Shown: positions 20,454-34,526, counted from the first letter of the stretch. The stretch is DNA of 64,000 bases from an uncultured Planctomycetales bacterium (GCA_964489065.1 CAZAXH010000001.1:238592-302591); one strand, 5' to 3'. Notes: generated by a model not told the origin, from the sequence alone. Numbers and translations: made by a program.

Positions 20454-21083
20454 TTATTTCGTCCCTAAACGTTTTAAAATTTTCTCCAAGGCGGTCTTTG
20501 TTAAAAGCAACTTCTTGTTCTTCATCACATCATAAGCATTGACGTCTTCCGCACGAACAACCTGAAAACGGGGAATATTGCGGCTCACCAAACGCACACT
20601 TTCATGACTCCCGTCCAAAAGCGCCAGGACTTTTCCCCGCTCAACCCAGACTTTAAGAATTTTGGCGAAATCTTTTGTTTTGGTAAAACTTTCCGTAAGT
20701 TCCGTCACACAAAGCAAATCATCCGCTTTATATTTCGCATTCAGACTTTCTTTCAGGGCGCACAACCTCATTTTTTGGGGGATCGCATAACGGTAATCCC
20801 GCGGATGTGGCCCAAATACAACCCCGCCGCCCACATAATTGGGAGCCCGTATCGACCCAGCCCTGGCCCGGCCAGTCCCCTTTTGCCGGTACGGTTTCTT
20901 CCCGCCTCCGGAGACAGCTCCTCTTTCCTTGGTGGATGCGGTCCCCTGCCGCAGGCATGCCTGATACATTATGACGGCCTGATGAATCACATCGGAGTTC
21001 ACATGAGGCCCGAACACCTGCTCCGGGAGGTCAATCTTTTCAATTTCTTTGCCGCTTTTATCTAAAACTGGTAATTGTGACAT
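20454..21083 (-). CDS. rplD: 50S ribosomal protein L4
   Basis: 209 aa, at the conserved position. Confidence 0.85.
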   Translation of the reverse strand: MSQLPVLDKSGKEIEKIDLPEQVFGPHVNSDVIHQAVIMYQACLRQGTASTKERGAVSGGGKKPYRQKGTGRARAGSIRAPNYVGGGVVFGPHPRDYRYAIPQKMRLCALKESLNAKYKADDLLCVTELTESFTKTKDFAKILKVWVERGKVLALLDGSHESVRLVSRNIPRFQVVRAEDVNAYDVMKNKKLLLTKTALEKILKRLGTK

Positions 21084-21102
21084 AACTTTTAAACCTACCG
21101 TC

Positions 21103-21813
21103 CTAAGCTTTCTTTCCTTTGGCTTTAGCTTTACTTTGTTTCATCGGATTCTTTTTATGAATAACAACAGCGGCTTTTTCTTCCAACGACTGGAATTTCC
21201 GCTTTTTAGACAGTTTAATCTCTACGATGGAATTTTTCGCACCCGGAACCGCCCCCTTAATCACCAGCAAATTCTTCTCCACATCGACTTCCATGATACG
21301 CAAACTTTGCACGGTCACCCGCTCAGCACCCATATGTCCGGGCATATGCTGACCGCGGTATGTCCGGGATGGATCAGAACTCGCCCCGATGGAACCGACC
21401 CGCCGATGATGCATGGAACCGTGCGCCGCCGGCCCTCCGGACCAATTCCAACGTTTCATACCACCGGCAAACCCTTTGCCTTTCGACATGCCAGACACAT
21501 CCACAAAGTCCCCGGCCTTAAAAATATCCGCCCTGATCTCCTGTCCGACCTGATAGTCCTTATTATCCGTAGACCGGAATTCTCTGACAATACGGGTCGG
21601 CGCAACTCCGATCTTTTTAAAGAAATCCGCCTGCGGCTTACGAATCCTCGCCTCTTTCGTGGCTTCGAACCCGACCTGAATTTTCAGGGGGGATTCCTTC
21701 AGGGCCAAAACAGGACATGGGCCGGCCTGGATCACCGTTACCTCAAGGATATTTCCTTCCTTGTCAAAAATTTGAGTCATACCTATTTTCTTACCAAGTA
21801 TTCCGAGTATCAT
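21103..21813 (-). CDS. rplC: 50S ribosomal protein L3 with a short lysine-rich C-terminal tail
   Basis: The start is at MILGILGKKIGMTQIF. The ORF track extends to 21834. Confidence 0.85.
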   Translation of the reverse strand: MILGILGKKIGMTQIFDKEGNILEVTVIQAGPCPVLALKESPLKIQVGFEATKEARIRKPQADFFKKIGVAPTRIVREFRSTDNKDYQVGQEIRADIFKAGDFVDVSGMSKGKGFAGGMKRWNWSGGPAAHGSMHHRRVGSIGASSDPSRTYRGQHMPGHMGAERVTVQSLRIMEVDVEKNLLVIKGAVPGAKNSIVEIKLSKKRKFQSLEEKAAVVIHKKNPMKQSKAKAKGKKA

Positions 21814-21850
21814 CTTCCCTCTCTCCCATGTCAACTAACGTGGCAAGGAT

Positions 21851-22153
21851 TTACTGCTTAATTTCCACATCGACCCCTGCCGGCAAATTCAGCTTCCGCA
21901 AAGCCTCTACAGTTTTAGCCGTAGGATCCAGAAGATCAATGAGACGTTTATGGATCGCCAGGTGAAACTGTTCCCGAGACTTTTTGTCGATATGCGGAGA
22001 CCGCAAAACTGTATATAATTCCTTTTTGGTCGGCAAAGGAACCGGGCCGGAAACTCTGGCCCCCGTCCGGATCGCCGTATCGACAATTTCTTGCGCTGAC
22101 TGGTCAATCAGCCGATGATCATAAGCTTTTAGTTTTATTCTGATTTTCTGCAT
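21851..22153 (-). CDS. rpsJ: 30S ribosomal protein S10
   Basis: [19 protein letters not shown]. Confidence 0.9.
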   Translation of the reverse strand: MQKIRIKLKAYDHRLIDQSAQEIVDTAIRTGARVSGPVPLPTKKELYTVLRSPHIDKKSREQFHLAIHKRLIDLLDPTAKTVEALRKLNLPAGVDVEIKQ

Positions 22154-22231
22154 AACGCATCCGATCAGCCTCGCGCCGCATAAGCAGCAGAAAGCCGATC
22201 ATAACCTCATTAAGTTTGTAGTCCCTATTGA

Positions 22232-23425
22232 TTAAGCAATAACTTCGGAAACAACGCCCGCCCCTACTGTACGGCCGCCTTCACGAATAGCAAAACGCAA
22301 TTCTTTTTCCAACGCAACCGGAGTGATCAACTCAACGGTCAATTCAATATTATCTCCGGGCATACACATTTCCACACCTTCCGGGAGAAGGGCATTCCCG
22401 GTCACGTCTGTCGTCCGGAAATAAAACTGCGGACGGTATCCCTTAAAGAACGGGGTGTGACGGCCGCCTTCTTCTTTCTTTAAAACATAAACCGTGCCTC
22501 TAAATTTGGTGTGGGGCGTAATGGAACCCGGTTTGGCCAAAACCATCCCGCGCTCAATCGCATCCTTATCCATGCCGCGCAACAGTAACCCGACATTGTC
22601 CCCGGCCTGACCTTCATCCAGTTCCTTGCGGAACATTTCCACGCCCGTCACAACGGTCTTCTGAATATCCGGACGCAATCCAACACAATCAATTTCTTCT
22701 CCGACCTTAACTCTTCCTCTTTCAATACGGCCCGTCGCAACGGTTCCTCGTCCGGAGATGGAAAACACGTCTTCCACAGCCATGGAAAATGGCTTATCAA
22801 GTTCACGAACCGGTTCCGGAATATAATCATCCACGGCCTGCATCAAATCCAGAATCGGCTGAGTCTTTTCAGGATTATCGATGTCATTCAAAGCATCCAG
22901 AGCGCTCCCCTTAATAATCGGAGTCTTGTCCCCGTCAAAATTATATTTGGACAACAATTCACGGACTTCCAGTTCAACTAAATCCAAGAGCTCTTTATCT
23001 TCAACCTGATCACATTTATTAAGAAAAACGACAAGACGAGGGACGTTAACCTGTCTGGCCAACAGAATGTGCTCGCGGGTCTGAGGCATAGGACCGTCAG
23101 CCGCGGAAACCACCAAAATTGCGCCATCCATCTGAGCGGCGCCAGTGATCATATTTTTAATATAATCCGCGTGACCAGGGCAGTCAATATGGGCATAATG
23201 GCGTTTGTCGGTCTCATATTCCAAGTGAGCGATATTAATCGTGATCCCTCGTTCTTTTTCTTCCGGAGCGTTATCAATAGAATCATAACTGCGAATTTGA
23301 GCCAACCCTTTTTTATGCAAAATCATGGTTATGGCCGCACTTAAGGTAGTCTTCCCGTGATCAACGTGACCAATGGTCCCGATGTTCAAATGCGGTTTAT
23401 TTCTCGTGAATTTTTCCTTAGCCAT
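22232..23425 (-). CDS. tuf: Elongation factor Tu
   Basis: 397 aa; [10 protein letters not shown]. Confidence 0.95.
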   Translation of the reverse strand: MAKEKFTRNKPHLNIGTIGHVDHGKTTLSAAITMILHKKGLAQIRSYDSIDNAPEEKERGITINIAHLEYETDKRHYAHIDCPGHADYIKNMITGAAQMDGAILVVSAADGPMPQTREHILLARQVNVPRLVVFLNKCDQVEDKELLDLVELEVRELLSKYNFDGDKTPIIKGSALDALNDIDNPEKTQPILDLMQAVDDYIPEPVRELDKPFSMAVEDVFSISGRGTVATGRIERGRVKVGEEIDCVGLRPDIQKTVVTGVEMFRKELDEGQAGDNVGLLLRGMDKDAIERGMVLAKPGSITPHTKFRGTVYVLKKEEGGRHTPFFKGYRPQFYFRTTDVTGNALLPEGVEMCMPGDNIELTVELITPVALEKELRFAIREGGRTVGAGVVSEVIA

Positions 23426-23454
23426 GACGTTCCTCCCTTTTATTGAAATTCTTT

Positions 23455-25557
23455 TTAAGTTCTTCCGGCTTTTACCATTGCTTCTTGTCGTGAACCTTTG
23501 ATTTTTTCAGCAACATGATATGGAACTTCCGAGTAAAACGCGGGTTCCATCGAGAAAGAAGCCCGTCCCTGAGTTAAAGAACGCAAAGCGTTCGCATAAT
23601 TAAACATTTCTGCCAACGGCACTTCACAGCGCGCGATCTTGAGTTTCCCCCGTGTGCCCAGGTTTACGATTTTAGCCCGCCGCGTATTGAGATCCCCCAT
23701 GACCTGGCCCATAAACTCTTCCGGAGCGGAAACTTCCAAATCCATAACCGGCTCCAGAAAAACCGAATGCCCTCTCTGCAATCCTTCCCGAAGCGCCGCT
23801 TTGCCCGCCAGTTGAAAAGCCAGTTCACTGGAGTCAACTTCATGGTATGATCCGTCCACCAACGTCACCACAAAATCCGTAACCGGATATCCGGCAAGAA
23901 TACCGTTCAAGGCGCCCTCCCGTACCCCTTTTTCGACCGCCGGGATATACTCTCTGGGAATCGCGCCCCCCTTGATTCTATTATCAAAAACAACACCGTC
24001 CCCTGGTTTCTCCGCCGGAGCGATGTTAATAACACAATGCCCGTATTGACCGCGCCCGCCGGTCTGAGAAATAAATTTCCCAACGACACCGGTCACCTTC
24101 TCCGTGATTGTTTCCCGGTACGCAACCTGTGGCCGTCCAATATGGGTTTCAAGATTATTCTCCCGCTTCATCCGGTCAATGATAATGTCCAGGTGCAGTT
24201 CTCCCATGCCGGAAATAATCGTCTGTCCGGTTTCATGATCGTACTGGACACGCAAAGACGGATCTTCGTCCAGGAATTTCCGCAAGGCGAGACCAAGCTT
24301 ATCCTGATCCGCCTTGGTTTTCGGCTCAATCGCCATGGAAACCACAGGCTCAGGGATCTTCATGTTTTCAATCAAAATCTGCTGGGCATCATCACAAATC
24401 GTGTGCCCGGATTTCGTTTCCTTCAGCCCGACCAAAGCGACAATCTCGCCCGCCCCCACTTTCGGAATAATTTCCTGCTTATTCGCATGCATCACAACAA
24501 TTTTGGCCACCCGTTCTTTGGTGCGGATGCTAGAGTTGTAGATCGTAGAACCAGCGCTTATAACGCCGGAATAAATTCTTGTATAAAAAAGCTTTCCAAC
24601 ATAGGGGTCAGAGGCAATCTTAAAAACCAATGCGGCCAACGGCGCCTCAACGGACGCCAACCGCTCCACGGGTTCCTGGGTGCGGGGGTTAATCCCTGGA
24701 AGAGGCGGGACATCAAGAGGGGAGGGCATATAGTCGACAACCGCGTCCAACAGAAGCTGCACTCCACGTTTTTTTAAAGAAGTCCCGACCATAACCGGGA
24801 TAAACCGGTTTTTGATCACCTCCCGGCGAATAACCGCCTTGATTTCCTCGGGAGAAACCTCCTTCTCCTCAAGGAACCTCATCATAATCTGATCATCCAC
24901 GTCCGCCAACGATTCCAACAGGACATGGTAATATTCTTCGGCCTTCTCTTTTAAATGATCCGGGATATCAACGCGCTCCAGCGTAATCCCGTCCTCATCT
25001 TTATAAGTAATATACTGCCGATGGATAACATCTACAATACCCTTAAAACTGTCTTCTGTTCCATCCGGAAAATTAATCGCCGCCGCGTTACAGCCCAAAC
25101 GGTCATGGATTTCATCAATAACCCGGTCATAATCGGCCCCCAGCCTGTCGATCTTATTAATAAAAATCATCCGCGGAACCTGATAACGATCGGCCTGGCG
25201 CCACACGGTTTCCGTCTGGGATTGCACGCCACCTGCAGCGCACAAGACAACCACCGCGCCATCCAAGACCTTCAAGGAGCGCTCAACTTCCACGGTAAAA
25301 TCAACGTGCCCGGGAGTGTCAATAATGTTGATTTTATGGTCTTTCCAGTAACACGTCGTGCTCGCGGACATAATGGTGATCCCGCGCTCTTGTTCCTGCG
25401 CCATAAAATCCATGGTTGTGTTGCCATCATCTACATTCCCCATTTTATGAATAACGCCACAGTAATAGAGAATACGCTCCGTCGTAGTTGTTTTCCCGGC
25501 GTCAATATGGGCAATAATCCCTATGTTTCTTAAATCTTTTAAAGAAGTTGGTTCCAT
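23455..25557 (-). CDS. fusA: Elongation factor G
   Basis: 700 aa; [15 protein letters not shown]. Confidence 0.95.
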   Translation of the reverse strand: MEPTSLKDLRNIGIIAHIDAGKTTTTERILYYCGVIHKMGNVDDGNTTMDFMAQEQERGITIMSASTTCYWKDHKINIIDTPGHVDFTVEVERSLKVLDGAVVVLCAAGGVQSQTETVWRQADRYQVPRMIFINKIDRLGADYDRVIDEIHDRLGCNAAAINFPDGTEDSFKGIVDVIHRQYITYKDEDGITLERVDIPDHLKEKAEEYYHVLLESLADVDDQIMMRFLEEKEVSPEEIKAVIRREVIKNRFIPVMVGTSLKKRGVQLLLDAVVDYMPSPLDVPPLPGINPRTQEPVERLASVEAPLAALVFKIASDPYVGKLFYTRIYSGVISAGSTIYNSSIRTKERVAKIVVMHANKQEIIPKVGAGEIVALVGLKETKSGHTICDDAQQILIENMKIPEPVVSMAIEPKTKADQDKLGLALRKFLDEDPSLRVQYDHETGQTIISGMGELHLDIIIDRMKRENNLETHIGRPQVAYRETITEKVTGVVGKFISQTGGRGQYGHCVINIAPAEKPGDGVVFDNRIKGGAIPREYIPAVEKGVREGALNGILAGYPVTDFVVTLVDGSYHEVDSSELAFQLAGKAALREGLQRGHSVFLEPVMDLEVSAPEEFMGQVMGDLNTRRAKIVNLGTRGKLKIARCEVPLAEMFNYANALRSLTQGRASFSMEPAFYSEVPYHVAEKIKGSRQEAMVKAGRT

Positions 25558-25561
25558 TAAA

Positions 25562-26032
25562 TTACCACCTCAAATGCGCAAAAGCCTTGTTTGCCTCAGC
25601 CATCTTATGCGTCTCGTCTCTTTTCTTAATCGCAGGGCCTTCAGATTTATACGCCGCCAGGAGCTCATCCGCCAGTTTGACCGTCATGGGCTTGCCCTTT
25701 TTTTTGCGGGCAAAGTCCCTCAGCCAGCGCAACGCCAAAGAATTCCCCCGGGGCCCGGTCACCTCGACCGGAATCTGATATGTTGCGCCTCCGACACGCC
25801 GCGGTTTCAATTCCAGGCGCGGCCGGATATTATCGATAGCCTTATTAAAAACCTTCAACCCGCTATCTTCGTGGGTTTTCTGTTTCAGGATATCCAACGC
25901 ACCGTAAACAATTTTTTCCGCGACTGTCTTCTTGCCTTCCACCATCAGCGTATTGATAAACTGCGCCACCAAAGCGCTATCATATTTGGGGTCAGTCACG
26001 ACTTCGCGTTTTTCTGCTTTTCGTCTTCTCAT
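25562..26032 (-). CDS. rpsG: 30S ribosomal protein S7
   Basis: 156 aa. Confidence 0.9.
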   Translation of the reverse strand: MRRRKAEKREVVTDPKYDSALVAQFINTLMVEGKKTVAEKIVYGALDILKQKTHEDSGLKVFNKAIDNIRPRLELKPRRVGGATYQIPVEVTGPRGNSLALRWLRDFARKKKGKPMTVKLADELLAAYKSEGPAIKKRDETHKMAEANKAFAHLRW

Positions 26033-26403
26033 TACTTCTCTCTCTTGGTTCCATATTTTGACCGTGATCGTTTCCGTTTAGCTACACCGGTTGTGTCTAA
26101 CGTCCCTCTTACGATATGATAACGTACGCCCGGCAAATCTTTCACGCGGCCACCCCGAACCAGGACAATGGAGTGTTCCTGCAGATTATGTCCTTCCCCA
26201 GGGATATACGCAGTTACCTCGATCCGGTTTGATAAACGGACACGGGCGATTTTCCTCAAAGCCGAATTCGGCTTCTTCGGGGTCATTGTTTTCACCTGCA
26301 AACAAACGCCTCGTTTTTGAGGGCATTGAGCCAATGCCGGGGATTTAGTTTTCTTGTTTTTCAGGCTGCGACTCTTGCGAATCAGCTGTTGTATCGTTGG
26401 CAT
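26032..26403 (-). CDS. rpsL: 30S ribosomal protein S12
   Basis: [13 protein letters not shown]...[10 protein letters not shown]. Its first 59 nt lie inside the rpoC 3' end. Confidence 0.9.
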   Translation of the reverse strand: MPTIQQLIRKSRSLKNKKTKSPALAQCPQKRGVCLQVKTMTPKKPNSALRKIARVRLSNRIEVTAYIPGEGHNLQEHSIVLVRGGRVKDLPGVRYHIVRGTLDTTGVAKRKRSRSKYGTKREK

Positions 26404-29400
26404 ATTTCACCGTTTCCACTTGGTCATAAAGTTTAAAACCCGTACCCGCGGGGATCAAATGCCCCACAATTACGTTTTCTTTCAAGCCACGTAAAAGATC
26501 GATTTTACCAGACGCCGCTGCTTCTGTCAAGACTCTTGTCGTCTCCTGAAAACTAGCCGCGGAGATAAAGCTTTCCGTCGTCAAAGACACCTTCGTGATC
26601 CCCAACAACAGCGGGGTCGCCTGAGCCGGTTTGCCTTTTTTCTTTAAAGTTACTTCATTCGCTTTCTTAAAACGAATGCGATCCACCTGTTCTCCGACGA
26701 GGAATTCAGTGTCTCCAGAATCTTCGATCTTAACCTTCTTGAGCATCTGAGAAATAATCAACTCGATATGCTTATCATTAATCCGCACGCCCTGCAGACG
26801 GTAAACTTCCTGAATCTCGTTCAAAAGATATTCCTGCAAAACCTTGTCCCCGCAGACGCGGAGAATATCGTGCGGCACAACCGGGCCGTCTGTCAATTGC
26901 TGCCCGGCGAAAACACGGTCGTTTTTATAAACCGTCGGGTGCTTCCCGTGAGGGATCGTATATTCTTTTGACATGCCGGTCGTGCTGCGCACCACAATCG
27001 TGCGAAGCCCTTTCCGGTCCTCGCCAAACTCAACAGCCCCGTCAATTTCGGAAATAATGGCCGGATCCTTAGGCCGTCTGGCCTCAAAAAGTTCCGCCAC
27101 CCGCGGCAACCCGCCCGTGATGTCCCTCGTTTTCCCGATGCCACGAGGGATCTTCGCGATCAGGTCCCCGGCATTAATCATCTGTTTATCACTGACCAGA
27201 ATATGCGCTCCGACAGGGATCGAATAAATCCCGACGACCTCTTTCTTGTCGTCCGTGATAATAATCTGCGGATGATATTCCAGCTTGTGTTCCACAACAA
27301 CACGTTCTGTGATCCCGGTGATAGGATTCTGCTCCTGTTGCACCGTGACATCCTGGATCAAATCTTCGGAGTTAACAACCCCCTTGACTTCCGTAATGAT
27401 CGGGATCGTGTACGGATCCCACGTCGCGAAAATTTCATTCTCGTTAATTTCCGCCCCATCGGCAAACTTGATCGTAGCCCCCTGTGGCAACTGATGGCGT
27501 TCAAATTCCCGGCCATACTCGTTATTAATACTCACCGCGCCATTCCGGTTAAGGACAACGAACTCTTTATTCCGTTCGACGACACGCAACTGGTGATACT
27601 TCATGACCCCTTTATTCTTGGAACGGTAAAAAGACTGTTCCACAGCACGGCTGGCCGTCCCTCCAATGTGGAAGGTCCTCATAGTCAGCTGGGTCCCCGG
27701 CTCGCCGATGCTTTGCGCAGCGATAACCCCGACCGCCTCGCCAATCTCAACTAAACGCTGGGTCGCCAGGTTTCGGCCATAACATTTAACACAGGTTCCT
27801 GTCTCGGCCTCGCAGGTTAAGACGCTGCGGATACGCACCTTTTCAATCCCCAGTTGCTCAATCATAGTCGCTTTTTCTTCCGTAATCTCCTCGCCGGCTT
27901 CCACAACAACCTGATCCGTGATGACATCGACAATGCTGTCCAAGGCGACACGACCGATAATGCGCTCCCGCAGACTGACCACAAGTTCGTCCCCTTCAAC
28001 GATCGCGGAAACCGTGATACCGTTTAATGTCCCGCAATCCTCTTCGGTCACAACACATTCCTGGGCAACGTCCACCAACCGGCGTGTCAGATAACCGGCA
28101 TCGGCCGTCTTCAAAGCCGTATCCGCAAGACCTTTCCGGGCCCCATGCGTGGAGATAAAATATTCCAAAACCGTCAGCCCTTCACGGAAACTCGCAGTAA
28201 TCGGGTTTTCAATAATCTCCCCGGAGGGCTTAGCCATCAACCCCCGCATCCCCGACAACTGGCGGATCTGAAGACGAGAGCCCCTGGCACCGGAATCGGC
28301 CATAATAAAGACAGGGTTAAAAGCCGCCATCTGTTTAAACACCAAATCAGAAATCTTCTCTGTCGTATGCGTCCAGATATCAATAATTTTGTTATAACGT
28401 TCGCGTCCGGTGATAATCCCCTTGCGATACTGATCCTCGACCTTAGCCACCTCCTGCTTGGCTTCCTTAATATGGACTTCTTTTTCCTTCGGGCTCGTCA
28501 AGTCGGAGATGGCGATCGATATCCCTGCCTTGGTGGCCATATTAAAACCAAATTCTTTAAGACTGTCCAGCAAATTAACCGTCGTATGTTGCCCAAAACG
28601 CTTATAACAGTCAGCGATGACCGCCCCGATCTGTTTCTTATCCATCGTGTCGTTAACAAACCCGAACCCCTCAGGCAGCAGTTCATTGAACAAAATACGC
28701 CCCACGGTCGTTTCAATAATCGGCTGATTAGATAATTTCTGCGGCACCCCGCCCCCGTCTTCTCCGCCCAGTTCTCCGTCCTGAGAAATAACCAAAGAAG
28801 GTTTTTCGTCTCCCCAAACAGGTTGCGCCAAACGAAGCTTGATGCCCGTATGCAGATTAATCTGACCGTCATTATAAACAATAATGGCCTCTTCCTTGCT
28901 GCCAAAAAGGCGGGAGTCGTGTTCTTCTTCCCGATCCTTCGTCAAATAATACAAACCTAAAACCATATCCTGGGTTGGAGACACGATGGGCCGCCCATCG
29001 GCCGGAGAAAAAAGGTTATTCACCGACAAAAGTTGCAGGCGGCATTCAATCTGCGCTTCCAAAGACAACGGCAGGTGAACCGCCATCTGGTCCCCGTCAA
29101 AGTCCGCGTTAAAAGCCGTACAAACCAAAGGATGAAGTTTAATGGCTTTCCCTTCCACCAGCACCGGTTGAAACGACTGGATACTTAAACGGTGCAGCGT
29201 CGGCGCGCGGTTAAGCATGATCGGGTGGTCCTTAATGACCTCATCCAGAATATCCCAAACCTCGACCTTGGCCCTTTCCACCATCCGCTTGGCACCCTTG
29301 ATCGTGTGAACAAACCCTTTTTCCCGTAATTCCCGGATAATAAACGGTTCGAACAGTTCAAGGGCCATCTTTTTAGGAAGACCGCACTGATGCAATCTGA

Positions 29401-30469
29401 GCGTCGGCCCCACAACGATAACAGAACGGCCGGAATAATCCACGCGTTTTCCGAGCAAATTCATCCGGAAACGCCCCTGCTTGCCTTTTAACATATCCGA
29501 CAAAGACTTCAAGGGCCGGTTGCCTGACCCCAACACGGGCCGCCCGTGACGGCCGTTATCCAAAAGCGCGTCCACGGATTCCTGAAGCATACGCTTTTCG
29601 TTACGGATGATAATCTCAGGCGCTTTTAAGTCAATCAATTTTTTAAGACGGTTATTACGGTTAATGACCCGCCGGTACAAATCATTCAAATCCGAAGTGG
29701 CAAAACGTCCGCCTTCCAGCGGAACCAGGGGCCGGAGATCCGGAGGGATCACCGGGATGACGTCCAAAACCATCCACTCCGCCTTATTCCCGGATATTTT
29801 AAAATCCTCGACGATCTTTAGGGTTTTGGCGATTTTCTTGGCGTTGGTCCCGGCCGGCGTTGCTTTCTCCATATCTTTCCGGAGTTTCTTGCACAGGGCT
29901 CCGAGATCGATTTCCTTCAAAAATTCTCTTACCGCCTCAGCGCCGATTTTAGCTTTAAACGCCCCGCCGTATTTCACCAACGCTTCCTGATATTTATCTT
30001 CGGACAAAAATTCCTTCTTCTTCAACGGGGTATCACCCGGATCAATCACTACATATTCTTCATAATAAATCAATTTCTCCAAGTCACGCAAAGAGATCTG
30101 CATTAAAGCGGACAAACGGCTGGGCACGGCCTTATAAAACCATATATGCGTGACAGGACAGGCCAACTCAATATGTCCCATGCGCTCACGGCGGACAGAT
30201 GACCGGGTGACCGTCACTCCGCAACGGTCACAGGTAATCCCCTTAAATTTAATCCCCTTGTATTTGCCGCAATTACATTCCCAATCCCGAACCGGGCCGA
30301 AAATCCGCTCACAAAATAGCCCGTCCTTTTCCGGTTTTAAAGTCCGGTAATTTAACGTTTCCGCCTTTTTAACCACGCCATGTGACCATGATTTTATCAC
30401 TTCTGGCGCCGCAATCCGGATCGTAATGCGATCTTCCTGTTGAGGTTGTTCTTTTTTTGTCGTGGCCAT
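26345..30469 (-). CDS. rpoC: DNA-directed RNA polymerase beta' subunit
   Basis: 1374 aa; [12 protein letters not shown] catalytic motif. Confidence 0.95.
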   Translation of the reverse strand: MATTKKEQPQQEDRITIRIAAPEVIKSWSHGVVKKAETLNYRTLKPEKDGLFCERIFGPVRDWECNCGKYKGIKFKGITCDRCGVTVTRSSVRRERMGHIELACPVTHIWFYKAVPSRLSALMQISLRDLEKLIYYEEYVVIDPGDTPLKKKEFLSEDKYQEALVKYGGAFKAKIGAEAVREFLKEIDLGALCKKLRKDMEKATPAGTNAKKIAKTLKIVEDFKISGNKAEWMVLDVIPVIPPDLRPLVPLEGGRFATSDLNDLYRRVINRNNRLKKLIDLKAPEIIIRNEKRMLQESVDALLDNGRHGRPVLGSGNRPLKSLSDMLKGKQGRFRMNLLGKRVDYSGRSVIVVGPTLRLHQCGLPKKMALELFEPFIIRELREKGFVHTIKGAKRMVERAKVEVWDILDEVIKDHPIMLNRAPTLHRLSIQSFQPVLVEGKAIKLHPLVCTAFNADFDGDQMAVHLPLSLEAQIECRLQLLSVNNLFSPADGRPIVSPTQDMVLGLYYLTKDREEEHDSRLFGSKEEAIIVYNDGQINLHTGIKLRLAQPVWGDEKPSLVISQDGELGGEDGGGVPQKLSNQPIIETTVGRILFNELLPEGFGFVNDTMDKKQIGAVIADCYKRFGQHTTVNLLDSLKEFGFNMATKAGISIAISDLTSPKEKEVHIKEAKQEVAKVEDQYRKGIITGRERYNKIIDIWTHTTEKISDLVFKQMAAFNPVFIMADSGARGSRLQIRQLSGMRGLMAKPSGEIIENPITASFREGLTVLEYFISTHGARKGLADTALKTADAGYLTRRLVDVAQECVVTEEDCGTLNGITVSAIVEGDELVVSLRERIIGRVALDSIVDVITDQVVVEAGEEITEEKATMIEQLGIEKVRIRSVLTCEAETGTCVKCYGRNLATQRLVEIGEAVGVIAAQSIGEPGTQLTMRTFHIGGTASRAVEQSFYRSKNKGVMKYHQLRVVERNKEFVVLNRNGAVSINNEYGREFERHQLPQGATIKFADGAEINENEIFATWDPYTIPIITEVKGVVNSEDLIQDVTVQQEQNPITGITERVVVEHKLEYHPQIIITDDKKEVVGIYSIPVGAHILVSDKQMINAGDLIAKIPRGIGKTRDITGGLPRVAELFEARRPKDPAIISEIDGAVEFGEDRKGLRTIVVRSTTGMSKEYTIPHGKHPTVYKNDRVFAGQQLTDGPVVPHDILRVCGDKVLQEYLLNEIQEVYRLQGVRINDKHIELIISQMLKKVKIEDSGDTEFLVGEQVDRIRFKKANEVTLKKKGKPAQATPLLLGITKVSLTTESFISAASFQETTRVLTEAAASGKIDLLRGLKENVIVGHLIPAGTGFKLYDQVETVKYANDTTADSQESQPEKQEN

Positions 30470-30471
30470 AA

Positions 30472-33400
30472 TTATTTCTTCGTACCTTTTGTCTCTTTAA
30501 TAATAGGTTGGTCCTGACCTTCTTTTTCCAATCGGATATCCAAGCATAACCCCTGAAGCTCTTTCACGAGGACATTGAAAGACTCCGGCGTGCCCGTCGC
30601 GAGTTTCTGTTCCCCTTTGACAATGGCCTCATAAATACGGCTGCGCCCGGCCACATCGTCGCTTTTAACCGTCAGCATTTCCTGCAAAGTATACGCCGCT
30701 CCATAGGCTTCCAGCGCCCAGACTTCCATTTCCCCAAAACGCTGGCCGCCGAAATGGGCCTTGCCGCCTAACGGTTGCTGTGTAACAAGAGAATACGGCC
30801 CGATAGACCGTGCGTGAATTTTTTCATCAACCAGGTGATTAAGTTTCAACATATAAATGTACCCGACCGTCACCTTCTGGTCAAAAGGCTCACCGGTAAA
30901 GCCATCGTAGACAATGGTTTTTCCGTCTTCAGGAAGCCCCGCCTCCTTGCTTAACTGGCGGATTTCCCCCTCCGTAGCCCCGTCAAAAACCGGAGTTTCC
31001 GCGTAGAACCCTAAGGTCTGGGCAACCCACCCCAAATGCGTTTCCAGAAGCTGCCCGACATTCATACGGGAAGGGACCCCTAACGGATTAAGGACAATAT
31101 CCACCGGCCGGCCGTCGGCAAGATATGGCATGTCTTCCTCCGGAACGATCCGGGACACAATCCCTTTATTCCCATGCCGGCCGGCCATCTTGTCCCCTTC
31201 CTGCAACTTCCGTTTCGTCGCCACATACACCACAACTCGTTTCAAGACCCCGGCAGGAAGTTCATCACCCCGCCTGACCCGTTCCGACTCCTGCTGCTGT
31301 TCTTCCATCATTTCATTGATCTTGCTTTCGAAAAAATCAACGGTCTGCCGGATTTCGGAATCCTCATCATAATCATTAAGGTTCATCGTGGTGAGTTTTT
31401 TGGAAGAAACATTCAACAGCTGGCAAAGCTTTTTCTCCCGTTCAGATTCAATAAACTCAATTTCTTGAGCGTAATATTCCTTTATCTTCTCAACGGCCTC
31501 TTGTTCCTTAGCCTTATCCGCCTTGGACTTCCGGCCCCGCTCGGTCCGCTGGAACACCTCCGTGTTGACAATGACGCCTTCGATACCCGGTGGGAGGGTC
31601 AAGGAAGTATCCCGGATGTCCGCGGCCTTTTCCCCGAAGATCGCCCGCAGCAACCTCTCCTCCGGAGACAACTCTTTTTCGCTTTTAGGTGTCACTTTGC
31701 CGACCAGGATATCACCGGCTTTCACTTCCGCGCCGACCCGAACAATCCCTTCTTCGGTCAAATCCTTCAAGGCTTCTTCCCCGACATTAGGGATATCCCG
31801 CGTGATCTCTTCATTCCCCAAACGCGTTTCCCTAGCCTCAACTTCAAACTTTTCCACATGAATCGACGTAAAATTGTCTTCCCTAACCAGCCGCTGATTG
31901 ACAAGGATAGCGTCCTCAAAATTATATCCTCTCCACGGCATAAAAGCGACGAGCACATTTTGCCCCAAGGCGATACGGCCTTCTTGGGTCGCCATGCCGT
32001 CGGCGATCACATCTCCCTTTTCCACCTGCTCCCCAAGCTGCACAATAGGCTTTTGCAAAATGCAGGTGTTGGCGTTAGACCGTAGAAAATTTTTTAACGG
32101 ATAAACCCGGTCACCCACCACGATTTCCCTGGCATCTACTTTCGTGACTTTGCCGGCTTCTTTCGCGACCACCACGACACCGGAATCCCTGGCCACTTTC
32201 CCTTCCATCCCGGTCCCGACGAAGGGAACTTGCGTTCTCATAATAGGAACCGCCTGCCGCTGCATGTTGGATCCCATCAAGGCCCGGTTGGCGTCATCAT
32301 GCTCCAGGAAAGGAATCATCGAGGTAGCCACGGAAACCAGCTGCTTCGTGGACACATCTTTATAATCAATCTGCTCCGGCTTAACTTTTGGAAAATCGGT
32401 TTTATAACGGCAGATAATTTCTTTTTCGACCAAAGTCCCGTGCTCATCGGTCGCGGCATTCGCCTGGGCGATATATTTCATCTGATCAATATCCGCCGTC
32501 AAGAATTCCACCTTAGTGCCTACCTTCCCGTTTTCCACTTTATAGTAGGGCGTTTCGATAAAACCCAAGTCATTAACGCGGGCGCACGTGGTCAAAGAAG
32601 AAATCAATCCGATATTGGGCCCCTCCGGCGTCTCAATAGGGCATACCCGGCCATAGTGAGTTGGGTGAACGTCACGGACCTCAAATCCGGCCCGTTCCCT
32701 GGAAAGCCCTCCCGGCCCTAAAGCGCTTAAACGGCGCTTATGGGTCATCTCGGCCAAGGGATTCACTTGATCCATAAATTGAGAAAGCTGGCTCCGGGCG
32801 AAGAAATCATGCATCTGATTGGAAAAAAGACGGGAATTGATAAGATGGTGAGCCGTGAGATTATCAAAAGAACTCATCACAACAAGGCGTTCTTTAATAG
32901 AACGTTCCAGCCGGGCGAGACCGATGCGGACCTGATTCTGCACAAGCTCCCCGACGCTTTTGATACGCCTGTTCCCCAAATGATCAATATCATCGACTTC
33001 CCCGTGCCCTTCTCTCAATCCGAAAAGATACTGAATAACAGCCACGACGGTGTTAATATCCAAAACCCGGTTATCTAACGGGATATTAGTACCCAGTTTC
33101 CGGTTGATAATATACCGCCCCACCTTGCTGAGGTCATAGCGTTTCGGGTCAAAAAACAAACGATAAAACAAAGCCTCGGACACTTCAATCGTCGCCGGCT
33201 CCGTGGGCCGCATCTTGCGGTAAAAATCCAATAAGGCCTCTTCCTTATTCACCGTGTGATCCTTTTCCAAGGTGTTCTTCATTTTGGAAAAATCATCACC
33301 GAGTAACGCCTGCATGTCCGCTTCGTTCGACAGACCCATGATGCGTAAAATCTGGGTTGCGGGAAAATGCCGGCGGCGGTCTATATACGCCAGCAAAACA

Positions 33401-33933
33401 TCATTTAAATCGTATTTGATTTCAAACCAAGCGCCCCGGGAAGGGATAATGCGGCCATGATAAATACTTTTTCCTGTCGGGTGGAGTTCTTCCTCAAAAG
33501 AAACCCCAGGCGGACGCTGAATCTGGGACACCACAACCCGCTCATCGCCATTAATAATAAACGTCCCGGTTTCCGTCATCAAAGGGAAATCCCCGAAATA
33601 AACTTCTTGCTCCTTGATATCAATCGGGGTAATAAGCCGCAACTTCACTTTCAACGGAGCACAGTACGTTAAACTGCGTCTTTGGCACTCAATGCTGGAA
33701 TATTTCTCTTTCCCGAAATAATAACTGATGTATTCCAGCTTGATCTGTCCGTCATAACTTTCCAGCGGAAAGACTTCCCGGAAAACCTCCTCCAGCCCCT
33801 GATCACTTCTTTTTTCCGGCAGACAATCCCTCTGCAGGAAGTCCTCGTACGATTTCACCTGAATATCCAGCAAATTGGGCAGCTCAAACACATCCTTGAT
33901 CTTACCGAAATTTCTAACATTTAATTTTTTCAT
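30472..33933 (-). CDS. rpoB: DNA-directed RNA polymerase beta subunit
   Basis: 1153 aa, the short beta form without the large lineage-specific insertions. Confidence 0.95.
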   Translation of the reverse strand: MKKLNVRNFGKIKDVFELPNLLDIQVKSYEDFLQRDCLPEKRSDQGLEEVFREVFPLESYDGQIKLEYISYYFGKEKYSSIECQRRSLTYCAPLKVKLRLITPIDIKEQEVYFGDFPLMTETGTFIINGDERVVVSQIQRPPGVSFEEELHPTGKSIYHGRIIPSRGAWFEIKYDLNDVLLAYIDRRRHFPATQILRIMGLSNEADMQALLGDDFSKMKNTLEKDHTVNKEEALLDFYRKMRPTEPATIEVSEALFYRLFFDPKRYDLSKVGRYIINRKLGTNIPLDNRVLDINTVVAVIQYLFGLREGHGEVDDIDHLGNRRIKSVGELVQNQVRIGLARLERSIKERLVVMSSFDNLTAHHLINSRLFSNQMHDFFARSQLSQFMDQVNPLAEMTHKRRLSALGPGGLSRERAGFEVRDVHPTHYGRVCPIETPEGPNIGLISSLTTCARVNDLGFIETPYYKVENGKVGTKVEFLTADIDQMKYIAQANAATDEHGTLVEKEIICRYKTDFPKVKPEQIDYKDVSTKQLVSVATSMIPFLEHDDANRALMGSNMQRQAVPIMRTQVPFVGTGMEGKVARDSGVVVVAKEAGKVTKVDAREIVVGDRVYPLKNFLRSNANTCILQKPIVQLGEQVEKGDVIADGMATQEGRIALGQNVLVAFMPWRGYNFEDAILVNQRLVREDNFTSIHVEKFEVEARETRLGNEEITRDIPNVGEEALKDLTEEGIVRVGAEVKAGDILVGKVTPKSEKELSPEERLLRAIFGEKAADIRDTSLTLPPGIEGVIVNTEVFQRTERGRKSKADKAKEQEAVEKIKEYYAQEIEFIESEREKKLCQLLNVSSKKLTTMNLNDYDEDSEIRQTVDFFESKINEMMEEQQQESERVRRGDELPAGVLKRVVVYVATKRKLQEGDKMAGRHGNKGIVSRIVPEEDMPYLADGRPVDIVLNPLGVPSRMNVGQLLETHLGWVAQTLGFYAETPVFDGATEGEIRQLSKEAGLPEDGKTIVYDGFTGEPFDQKVTVGYIYMLKLNHLVDEKIHARSIGPYSLVTQQPLGGKAHFGGQRFGEMEVWALEAYGAAYTLQEMLTVKSDDVAGRSRIYEAIVKGEQKLATGTPESFNVLVKELQGLCLDIRLEKEGQDQPIIKETKGTKK

Positions 33934-34087
33934 TTTGAATTAGGGTTGCTGTTTGTTTATGGAGTTGTTTGAGGGGGCTGCTTTTCCAAAAAGAACTTCA
34001 GCGCTATAAAACACCCCGACCGTCATGAACGAACGCATGGGAGCTGGTGCTGTTAAACTCCTCAAAAAAGCTGCTGTGCCGCAAAAA

Positions 34088-34525
34088 TTACTTCAACTCG
34101 ACTTTAGCGCCAGCCGCTTCAAGCTTCTTCTTCATCTCTTCGGCTTCTTCTTTTGAAACGTCTTCTTTAACAGGTTTCGGCGCACCTTCTACCAAATCCT
34201 TAGCTTCCTTCAATCCTAAATTGGTAATGGCCCTGACCTCTTTGATAACCGCAATTTTATTGGCCCCAGCGGCAGCCAACACCACCGTAAAGGACGTCTT
34301 TTCTTCCTGCGCAGCCGCCGCACCGCCAGCCGCCGGCATCCCTGCCATCATCATGCCAGCCGGCATGGGAGCCGCCGCCTGAATACCGAATCTGTCTTCC
34401 AATCCTTTGACCAAGTCTGCCAATTCCAAGGCGGTTAAGCCCTCAATTAATTTAGCCACTTCTTCCAATTTCGGCGAAAGCGTTACGCTTGCCTTTTCCA
34501 CCGCTGTATTACCATTCTCCGACAT
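34088..34525 (-). CDS. rplL: 50S ribosomal protein L7/L12 with an extended Ala/Met/Gly-rich hinge
   Basis: The start is at [11 protein letters not shown]. The C-terminal domain is conserved. Confidence 0.85.
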   Translation of the reverse strand: MSENGNTAVEKASVTLSPKLEEVAKLIEGLTALELADLVKGLEDRFGIQAAAPMPAGMMMAGMPAAGGAAAAQEEKTSFTVVLAAAGANKIAVIKEVRAITNLGLKEAKDLVEGAPKPVKEDVSKEEAEEMKKKLEAAGAKVELK

Positions 34526-34526
34526 C

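Noticed and set aside
21049-21861. 270-aa plus-strand ORF
   Set aside because: Antisense to rplC/rplD, Pro/Arg-rich shadow ORF. The same applies to 31174..32085 (antisense rpoB), 41811..42746 (antisense pgm), 24037..24777 (antisense fusA), 58129..58707 and 59749..60147 (antisense pilB), and all other plus-strand track ORFs.
33934-34087. Attenuator or terminator in the rplL-rpoB intergenic region
   Set aside because: I could not find a convincing stem-loop plus U-tract by eye, so it is left unannotated.
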